NCBI GenBank assembly: GCA_964493485.1
Contig: CAZBMQ010000001.1
Location: 43,616-107,615, forward strand
Reading direction: 5' to 3'
Length of the DNA: 64,000 bases
Source of the DNA: an uncultured Candidatus Saccharibacteria bacterium
Lineage (GTDB): Bacteria; Patescibacteriota; Minisyncoccia; Minisyncoccales; JANBVM01
The position numbers and the translations under genes are program-made. Of the stretch, positions 57,393 through 64,000 are shown piece by piece. Numbering within the stretch: the first letter of the stretch is position 1; every line of letters begins with the position of its first letter. The notes under the pieces were generated by a model that did no database searches, was not told where the DNA came from, and saw nothing but the letters and a program-made list of their open reading frames with translations.

Positions 57393-57785
57393 TTAAAAAC
57401 TTCTCAACCATTCCAAGGCTCTCTCTTTAGAAGAGAAAAGTCTTACATTTTTAATGTTAATTGCTGTAATAATAAACATTGCTATTGTTCTTGAAAAAAC
57501 ACTTTCTTCACAGATTGCCGCTCTCTCAAATACTATTTCTTTTAATTTCTCTCCTACCTTTCTTCTAAACCTATAAGAACGCAAAACCGAACCTTTCATT
57601 AAATTAACAATCAAAAGTTTAGGTTTTTTAGGAAATGACTCTGTGGTTTTTTTTGTTTCTTCAAGCAAACTCAAAATATCCTCTTCTGTCGTCTTTTCCC
57701 TCCTCACTTCTACATGAATAATGCCGTCTTTTTCTACAAAAACTTTATTTCCATTTTCTTTATTATTCTCTTGTAAATTATCCAT
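57393..57785 (-). CDS. SpoIIAA/STAS-like small protein, paralog 2
   Basis: Paralog of 39036-39443 (RTIAMFIITAINIKNVRLFSSKERALEWL). Last gene of a V4R-V4R-STAS tandem. Confidence 0.55.
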   Translation of the reverse strand: MDNLQENNKENGNKVFVEKDGIIHVEVRREKTTEEDILSLLEETKKTTESFPKKPKLLIVNLMKGSVLRSYRFRRKVGEKLKEIVFERAAICEESVFSRTIAMFIITAINIKNVRLFSSKERALEWLRSF

Positions 57786-57806
57786 ACTCTTAATAGGTTA
57801 TAATAA

Positions 57807-58409
57807 TTATTTCCACCTTAAAACAAACTCATGATACTTATCTCCTTTATGAATACATTTTGTTTCTTTACAAACAACCTCACCTTTTGTTACTATCTTC
57901 AACAATCCTACAAAAGAACCTCTTAAAGAATGACATTGCATAGGAAGATTTAGGAAATTCTCAAGTCTTAAAACAGCGTATTTGTCTTTTTCGTTGTATT
58001 CTATTACCTTAATATCTCCTATTGAAAAATATCTCCTCCACATTTTTGCAGCTCCATTTACAATACCTTTAATAGAACCGAAATACCTCATAAAAAGCCG
58101 AGTTAATAAAGAAGATTTTGTATGAAACTCACCCATTTCAAAAAAATCTTTATCTTTAAAACCCAAAAATTTCTCCAGGCAAGTTAATAAAAGATTATCT
58201 ATTCCTATGGGATAAAAATTTAAAGCCTTTATTTCTCTATATCTAATCGGATATCCAAACTCTTCCATTTTCTTTTCTATCTCTTCTATCTTTTCTTTGC
58301 CAAATTTTTTAAGGATATAATCAAAATCATTTCTCAAAGCTATTCCTCTTATCTCACCCTTCATATTAACTAATTTTTCAATCTCTTCTTTTGTTATTGT
58401 TTGCTCCAT
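57807..58409 (-). CDS. V4R/H-NOX-like sensor-domain protein, paralog 4 of 6
   Basis: Ends CKETKCIHKGDKYHEFVLRWK. Confidence 0.7.
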   Translation of the reverse strand: MEQTITKEEIEKLVNMKGEIRGIALRNDFDYILKKFGKEKIEEIEKKMEEFGYPIRYREIKALNFYPIGIDNLLLTCLEKFLGFKDKDFFEMGEFHTKSSLLTRLFMRYFGSIKGIVNGAAKMWRRYFSIGDIKVIEYNEKDKYAVLRLENFLNLPMQCHSLRGSFVGLLKIVTKGEVVCKETKCIHKGDKYHEFVLRWK

Positions 58410-58438
58410 AATTGTTTTTTATTAGTTTTTTATTTTTA

Positions 58439-59041
58439 TTATTCCCATTCTAAAACAAACTCATGATACTTATCTCCTTTATGAATACATTTTGTTTCTT
58501 TACAAGTAACCTTGCTTTTAACTAACATCTGAATCATATTAGCATATATACCTGTCATCACAGCACATTGAACAGGATGTAAACAATAATTCTTTAATCT
58601 CAAAATTCCTCTTTTTTTCTTTTTATCAAAATCTATAGCTTCCAATTCGCCTACTGTAAAATATTTTTTCCACATTTCAGGAACCTTTTTTATTGCTTTT
58701 TCAAAAGAAAAAAAATAATTTATGAAAATTTTAATAAACACATATGCTCTAGACCTAAACCTTCCCATCTCATGAAGATCTTCGTAAGTGTACTTAAAAA
58801 GTCTTTGAGTTACTAAAAGTGTAAGACCTAATAAATTAAGAGGGTAAAAACCTATTGATTTTATTCTATTGTAATTTATTGGATATCCCAATTCTGCCAT
58901 TACCTTCTCTAACTTTTGCAATCCCTCTCTCCCTTCTTTTTTCAATACAAAATCAGCAGTATTTTTCATAGCAATTCCTCTTACTTCTCCTTTTATCTTC
59001 ATCAGCTCATTAATTTCTTCTCTTGAAATCATTTGTTGCAT
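58439..59041 (-). CDS. V4R/H-NOX-like sensor-domain protein, paralog 5 of 6
   Basis: Ends CKETKCIHKGDKYHEFVLEWE. Confidence 0.7.
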   Translation of the reverse strand: MQQMISREEINELMKIKGEVRGIAMKNTADFVLKKEGREGLQKLEKVMAELGYPINYNRIKSIGFYPLNLLGLTLLVTQRLFKYTYEDLHEMGRFRSRAYVFIKIFINYFFSFEKAIKKVPEMWKKYFTVGELEAIDFDKKKKRGILRLKNYCLHPVQCAVMTGIYANMIQMLVKSKVTCKETKCIHKGDKYHEFVLEWE

Positions 59042-59132
59042 ATTCTTTTATTATATCAAATAACCAAGTAATGAAAACTATATTGATTTTTAAAAGAATT
59101 TATAAAAAAACGCCTAAACATATAAGGCGTAT

Positions 59133-60119
59133 TTACAGCATATCCATTTTCTGAAACCATTTAATTATATCTCTTATCGAATTTCTAATAGGATAATGAT
59201 GATAGCCTAACTCCCGAGTTGCTTTTTCATGACTTACTAAAGGAGGGTTTACAATAGTATCTATAGAATACTTTGTAAAAAGAGGCTCTTTGTTCACTAG
59301 TTGAGAATATGCAACAGCAAAAAAAGCTATTATCTTTGCCGCCCATGCAGGCATTTTAAATCGAGGAGGCTCTACACCTGTTATATCTTGAAGCACTGAC
59401 ATCATTTCCTCTATTGTGATTAACTCCCCAGAAATAATATATCTTTCTCCGCAAAGCCCTTTTTGGCAAGCAAGGATAAGTCCTCTCGCAACATCTCTCA
59501 CATCAACGAAATTAAATGCACCTCCGACATAAGCTTTAAGTTTCTTCTTTGCAAAACTAAGAAAGAATTGTCCCATTTGAGAAGGTTTAAAATCCCAAGG
59601 TCCTACAACCCCTGTAGGACATACTATTACTGCATCAAGACCCTGCTCTTCTACTGCTTTTAAAACCTCTAAGCTCGCTTGAGCTTTTGTCCTGTCATAT
59701 TCTCCCCTTCTTCTCGTATAGGGATCAAATGGCACAGATTCATCAATTATCTCTCCCTTAGGAACATCAGCTAAGGCATGGATAGAGCTTGTATATACCA
59801 TTCTAGAAATCCCACAATCTAAACAAGCTTTTATTACATTAATTGTTCCATCTACATTCACGCTTCTCATCAACTCATTTTTACCAGGCATTGTTGATAT
59901 CACTGCGGCAAGATGATATACAACTTGGGCATCTTTAAAAGCTTTATACAAAGAATTAATATTTAAAATATCTCCCTCAACTTTCTCCACATCCAATCCT
60001 TTAAGTGAGGTTTCATTTTCAAATGGAGGAATCACTACCTTAACCTCTTCTCCTATTGAAAGCAATTGGCGAACAAGAACATTTCCTACATGACCCGTAC
60101 CTCCTGTGACTACAATCAT
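59133..60119 (-). CDS. NAD-dependent epimerase/dehydratase (extended SDR)
   Basis: VTGGTGHVGNVL Rossmann motif and YDRTK (YxxxK). ATG at 60119; the track ORF begins at an upstream TTG. Confidence 0.8.
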   Translation of the reverse strand: MIVVTGGTGHVGNVLVRQLLSIGEEVKVVIPPFENETSLKGLDVEKVEGDILNINSLYKAFKDAQVVYHLAAVISTMPGKNELMRSVNVDGTINVIKACLDCGISRMVYTSSIHALADVPKGEIIDESVPFDPYTRRRGEYDRTKAQASLEVLKAVEEQGLDAVIVCPTGVVGPWDFKPSQMGQFFLSFAKKKLKAYVGGAFNFVDVRDVARGLILACQKGLCGERYIISGELITIEEMMSVLQDITGVEPPRFKMPAWAAKIIAFFAVAYSQLVNKEPLFTKYSIDTIVNPPLVSHEKATRELGYHHYPIRNSIRDIIKWFQKMDML

Positions 60120-60289
60120 TTTCAATCACACTCATTTTTTTATTTAATTGTTAACAAATATATCCTTCTTACAACTTATAGAGAGCAACACACCCTGTCA
60201 AGAACCTTAATTAAAATTCCTTAAGTATTTTTAAAAAATAAAAAACGTCAATATAGACATTTCCATAAACAGTTTAATATTCTCAACCT

Positions 60290-60889
60290 TTACCATTCAA
60301 CTATAAACTCATGATATTTGTCTCCCATACGAGGGCATTTTATCTCTTTGCAAAAAACTTGGCTTTTTACTACCATCTGAACCACCCCAGAGAAATATCC
60401 TTTGAGTATATCACAATGAGCAGGGAAATAAGGAAAATTTTCGATTCTCAAGATTATATATCTTTTTTTCTCATCAAACTCTATCAATCTAGCTTCTCCG
60501 ATTGTATAATATTTCCTCCAATATTCTGGAATGGTAGTTACTATCTTCTTAAGTGAAACAAAATATTTCATAAAAATCCTAACAAGCATTGAAAGCTTGG
60601 CACCCATTTTTCCCATATCTTGAAAATTTTTATCATCATAATCAAAAAGTCGCTTCATCACTAACAAAGTTATTGCGAGTAGTTTTATAGGATAAAGATT
60701 GTTTTCTTTAATCTCCTGATACTTTAATGGAAATCCAAGTTTAATCATTGTATCTTCTATTTTTTTTAATCCATTTTCTCCCTCCCTTTCAAAAACAAAA
60801 TTCATAGGTTCTCTTATTCCTCTTCCTCTTACTTCACCTTTTATCTTCATTAAATTATTAAATTCTTCTTTTGAAATTATCTGCTCCAT
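60290..60889 (-). CDS. V4R/H-NOX-like sensor-domain protein, paralog 6 of 6
   Basis: Ends CKEIKCPRMGDKYHEFIVEW. Confidence 0.7.
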   Translation of the reverse strand: MEQIISKEEFNNLMKIKGEVRGRGIREPMNFVFEREGENGLKKIEDTMIKLGFPLKYQEIKENNLYPIKLLAITLLVMKRLFDYDDKNFQDMGKMGAKLSMLVRIFMKYFVSLKKIVTTIPEYWRKYYTIGEARLIEFDEKKRYIILRIENFPYFPAHCDILKGYFSGVVQMVVKSQVFCKEIKCPRMGDKYHEFIVEW

Positions 60890-61014
60890 ATTTTAATTAT
60901 AACAAAAACAGAAACTGTTTCATCAATTTCTTCTATAAACTAAATTTCTTCCAACTAAAAAACTACAATTTTCATAAATTGCAGCTTTTAAAAAGATTGA
61001 AAGAAAATCCTTTT

Positions 61015-61215
61015 CTATTCAAATATTCCAAATCTATTCTTCAACTCTCTTATTTTCTTTTCATACTCTTCTTTTATCTGTCTGGAAATCGCATCAATCA
61101 ATCTCTGTTTATTCCTGCTATGCTCTGCCTTCAGGAGAAATATTCCTATCCCTAAGCTAAGTCCGAACCCTATAAAAAACCAAATTGTACAAAATAAATT
61201 ACAGGAAATACTCAT
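61015..61215 (-). CDS. Small membrane protein (1 TM plus basic helix)
   Basis: TM segment WFFIGFGLSLGIGIFLL. ATG at 61215. Confidence 0.35.
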   Translation of the reverse strand: MSISCNLFCTIWFFIGFGLSLGIGIFLLKAEHSRNKQRLIDAISRQIKEEYEKKIRELKNRFGIFE

Positions 61216-61223
61216 TTTCACTC

Positions 61224-61257
61224 TTTTCTTTCAGCTCTTTAAAGAGCTGAAAGAAAA
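61224..61257. repeat. 34-bp perfect palindrome TTTTCTTTCAGCTCTTT|AAAGAGCTGAAAGAAAA
   Basis: Read directly. Probably a terminator between 61364-61603 and 61015-61215. Confidence 0.8.
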
Positions 61258-61363
61258 ATCGTTTCTAAGTTTTTATGATAATCATTCAAAAACCAAAGTC
61301 AAGTATTATACTGAAAAATAGAAAATATATAAAAAATAGGAAGAATTTATTTTCTTCCTTTAA

Positions 61364-61603
61364 CTAGTAACTAGAAATTATCTTTTGAAGCTCAATTTTG
61401 TTGTCGTTTGCGTTTTTTATTTCTTTCTCTAAGTATTGCTTTTTTCTCTTAAATTCATCCTCATCAATCTTCCCTTGTTTTTTTTGTTCCAGTAAGGAAA
61501 GTCTCTCTTCGGTAAGTTCTGAAATATATTGATCCCACTGACCTATTGCTATTCTCATCTTTTCTATTGTTTTTTTGTCTAATTCTTTTTTATTAATCTC
61601 CAT
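61364..61603 (-). CDS. 79-aa coiled-coil protein, hypothetical
   Basis: ORF only; heptad-like K/E/L pattern. Confidence 0.4.
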   Translation of the reverse strand: MEINKKELDKKTIEKMRIAIGQWDQYISELTEERLSLLEQKKQGKIDEDEFKRKKQYLEKEIKNANDNKIELQKIISSY

Positions 61604-61665
61604 TCATATCACCCATCGGTTTTATACCAGAAATTAATAATTTTGTAAATCTGACTTTAATAAAC

Positions 61666-62145
61666 CTAAAAGCTTTCTTTTCGTATTTTTGTTAATATCT
61701 TGCAAAAAAGTTTAGCCGGAAGCGAACTTTTCTTTAACTCTCTCTGACCTATTTGATGAATCAGTTTTATTCCTCTTGTGGCTAATAAGGCTCTCATTGC
61801 TTCTCTATTTTGTTCAAACTTAGCTCTAATAGCCCTCTCTATTAGCTTATGATGTTTTCTAGACCCGTATTTTATTTTTTCTCCTTTCCACCAAACGAAT
61901 TTTTTCTCTGCCATCTTCCTCCCAAGATACTGAGCTCTTAACTTTTCTTTTATTGTATTTGCTCTGAAACATTCCCTTCTATAATGATGATTTTCATAAA
62001 ACTTTATCCCCTGTATAAATCCTTCTACTGAATTTATTTCCACTCCATCTATAACAAAAGGGTCATCAGAAAAATTACTTAATCTCTTAGCTCTCCAATC
62101 TTTTGATTTACTGCTGATATTTAAAACTTCTTTCAAATTATTCAC
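61666..62145 (-). CDS. NADAR/YbiA-family protein
   Basis: LSNFSDDPFVIDGVEINSVEGFIQGIKF and AIRAKFEQNREAMRALLAT closely resemble E. coli YbiA segments (FSNF...SEHYFQAQKF; ALRAKFEQH.ELRALLLAT, recollection). GTG start. Confidence 0.6.
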   Translation of the reverse strand: MNNLKEVLNISSKSKDWRAKRLSNFSDDPFVIDGVEINSVEGFIQGIKFYENHHYRRECFRANTIKEKLRAQYLGRKMAEKKFVWWKGEKIKYGSRKHHKLIERAIRAKFEQNREAMRALLATRGIKLIHQIGQRELKKSSLPAKLFCKILTKIRKESF

Positions 62146-62344
62146 CTAAATGGATTATTCCTCCCATAATATTTTCATAGGTTTTGTTTTTTTCCTCTGT
62201 TTCATCTTTTTATCAAATTCTTTAATTATTTTTAAGGTACTCAATTATCGGTATTTCATATTTATACAACAAATTCTTCTTGTCAATTTAAAAAAAGCCG
62301 AGTCTACGACTCGGGTGAGAATTTTCTTATTAAAAATATAAAAA

Positions 62345-63025
62345 TTATTTCTGGAGTGTTCTTTGAATCTTTTCACTTGCTAATTCTTTTATAGCATCCC
62401 TGGCAATCCATTTAGCGGTTTTGGAGTCAATCTTTTCAATCTCTTTTGCAAGTTTTACAGCTTTTTTGTTCAAATAAAGATTTCTCTTTCCTATCTGCCT
62501 CAATGCCCAATTTACAGCTTTTTTTACAAAGCTCCTTTCATCTTCTGCCGAATATTTTTTAATAACAGGAAAAAATCTTAAAAATTTCTCGTCTTTTGCT
62601 TCCTTATTATGCCATGCCAGACATGCCATTAAAGCAAATCCAGCGCGCCTCACAAATTCTTCTTCTAGTCTTGCCCACTCTATTGCTTTTTTCCAGGCAA
62701 TAGGAAGTTTATCAAAAAGATTCATACAGCATTGGTCGCACAAATCCCAAGAGTTAAATTCTTCCACCCATTCATCCATTTGTCTTTCATTCACTTTTTC
62801 TGGTTCTTCAATCATGCTGACTAATATCCTGGCTTCATGAATCTTTGTATGCCACAATTCCTGAGCCAATTTGTGATTTCTACCTATCTTTTTTGCTAAA
62901 GTCCTCAAAACCGGCACTCTCACCCCTAAAGCATATTCTGGATTAATACCAAATCGTGCCATTCCTTTTCTATCTTTAGGATTAGAATGTTTTTTTAATT
63001 GAATAATAATCTCTTTAAAATCCAT
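62345..63025 (-). CDS. DNA alkylation repair protein (AlkC/AlkD-like HEAT-repeat glycosylase family)
   Basis: MARFGINPEYALGVRVPVLRTLAKKIG...HEARIL...WDLCDQC...VRRAGFAL pattern. Confidence 0.75.
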   Translation of the reverse strand: MDFKEIIIQLKKHSNPKDRKGMARFGINPEYALGVRVPVLRTLAKKIGRNHKLAQELWHTKIHEARILVSMIEEPEKVNERQMDEWVEEFNSWDLCDQCCMNLFDKLPIAWKKAIEWARLEEEFVRRAGFALMACLAWHNKEAKDEKFLRFFPVIKKYSAEDERSFVKKAVNWALRQIGKRNLYLNKKAVKLAKEIEKIDSKTAKWIARDAIKELASEKIQRTLQK

Positions 63026-63038
63026 TTTATTAAATTAA

Positions 63039-64000
63039 CTACCGAGAAAACCATTCTTTTACCACATCCTCTGCTTTTCTATCTCTAAAACTAAATTCCA
63101 AGTCAGACCAGCCCAAAAAACAATATCCATCAACCTTTCCCCAAGTTTCCTCAAGAATAGTCCTAAAAATCTCAGCTTGAGTGTTTTCATCAACTCTCGA
63201 GTTTTCAGCTCCAAGTTCTCCAAAAATAAATCCTTTTAAGTTATACTTCTCTTTCAAACTATTCCCTTTAGCAACAGCTGTTCTTAAACGATCTCTCAAT
63301 TCGTTATACCTATTATCTCCCCACATAATATCGAAAGCTAAATAATCATAACCTTCTATATCGCTAATTTTCTCGGGACCAATATCAGCAAACTTCAACA
63401 CCAATCCTCCGGAAAAATCATCTTTCAGTTCTTTTGAAGACTGAATCCATTCATCAATAAGTTTTTGTGTGGCAAAGAAAGCATTAGGTTCATTAAGAGG
63501 CGAGAAAAATTCAACATTCTCTTCTTCTGCTATCTTTGCCCACTCTGAAGCGATATCTATAAAAGTATCAATATATCTGGGATCATCTGTCTGTTGCAGT
63601 CTCCCAAAAGTAAAAGCATTCGGTTCAAGAAACACAGCAAATCCAGCCTGATGAGCCTTTCTTATTAAATCTATATAATAATCCTTCCAGCCGAATAAAT
63701 AAGCTTTTCCATTTCCAGTAGTCTGATACATAGGACAAATCCTTATCCCATTTACATTCAAAGATTTAAGTTCAGATATCTCAGCTTCATCTAATTCATA
63801 TCTTCCATCCTCACTGGAAACAAACCTTAAAAAAGATATCTTTTCTGTTTGGGATTCTTCTGGCGAGGAAGTAGCGTTTTTTTCTTGTGTAGAGGTGGAA
63901 ATTTTCTGTTCTATTGGCTGTTCTTCTTGTATTTCAGCAGTTTCTTGTTGTGTGCTCTCTTGAGGTGATTGGTCTGGAATCACCTGCTCTTGCTGGGTCT
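63039..64000 (-). CDS. Secreted GH5-like glycoside hydrolase, 5' end beyond the window
   Basis: FSPLNEPN (GH5 acid/base NEP) and IFGELG (nucleophile-like) motifs. The frame stays open to position 64000 upstream of the GTG at 63983. Confidence 0.6.
   Translation of the reverse strand, partial: TQQEQVIPDQSPQESTQQETAEIQEEQPIEQKISTSTQEKNATSSPEESQTEKISFLRFVSSEDGRYELDEAEISELKSLNVNGIRICPMYQTTGNGKAYLFGWKDYYIDLIRKAHQAGFAVFLEPNAFTFGRLQQTDDPRYIDTFIDIASEWAKIAEEENVEFFSPLNEPNAFFATQKLIDEWIQSSKELKDDFSGGLVLKFADIGPEKISDIEGYDYLAFDIMWGDNRYNELRDRLRTAVAKGNSLKEKYNLKGFIFGELGAENSRVDENTQAEIFRTILEETWGKVDGYCFLGWSDLEFSFRDRKAEDVVKEWFSR

Noticed and set aside
1-64000. Looked for transposases, integrases, phage genes, toxin-antitoxin pairs, restriction-modification systems, known defence systems, rRNA and additional tRNAs.
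   Set aside because: No ORF or hand-foldable RNA supports any of these. Only one tRNA (Pro) was found.

Overview
AT-rich, very gene-dense bacterial chromosome segment with almost all genes on the minus strand. There is no rRNA, CRISPR array, transposase, integrase or phage gene. Bacterial-type r-protein operons, Lys-rich protein tails, anaerobe-type redox genes and many small orphan genes suggest a small-genome anaerobe of the CPR/Patescibacteria kind (inference only).

Layout:
- 1-9172: str/S10 ribosomal superoperon (rpsL-rpsG-fusA-tuf, then rpsJ-rplC-rplD-rplW-rplB-rpsS-rplV-rpsC'). It has unusual intercistronic elements.
- 9.3-19.8 kb: housekeeping and orphan genes, tRNA-Pro(GGG), and a promoter-to-terminator rod-shaped candidate sRNA that looks 6S-like.
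- 19.9-32.3 kb: a cell-envelope island. It holds a 1405-aa Cys-rich giant surface protein and three secreted proteins sharing a novel repeat module. A 1-kb non-coding control region carries consensus divergent promoters, nested TGTCCTA/TAGGACA inverted repeats, several intrinsic terminators and a structured leader. A divergent GT2 synthase plus deacetylase (PNAG-like) operon completes it.
- 33.3-45.7 kb: 17 co-directional metal/redox genes. These are CopB, rubrerythrin, a Fur-family regulator, an NrdD-type glycyl-radical mini-protein, a metal ABC transporter, and the operon DUF134 / 2x MinD-ferredoxin ATPase / AhpD-like / CDF::NifX fusion / NifX-like / DUF5320.
- 45.7-64 kb: two mevalonate-pathway genes, repair and sugar enzymes, and most of a six-member family of ~200-aa V4R/H-NOX-like sensor proteins with STAS-like partners.

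Best candidates for undescribed biology:
- the output-less sensor paralog family;
- the co-regulated envelope island with its repeat module and long terminator-studded leader;
- the metal-trafficking operon;
- a poly-lysine mini-ORF attenuator;
- the NrdD-type spare-part protein.

All family names are from reading the translations and from memory. No searches were run.
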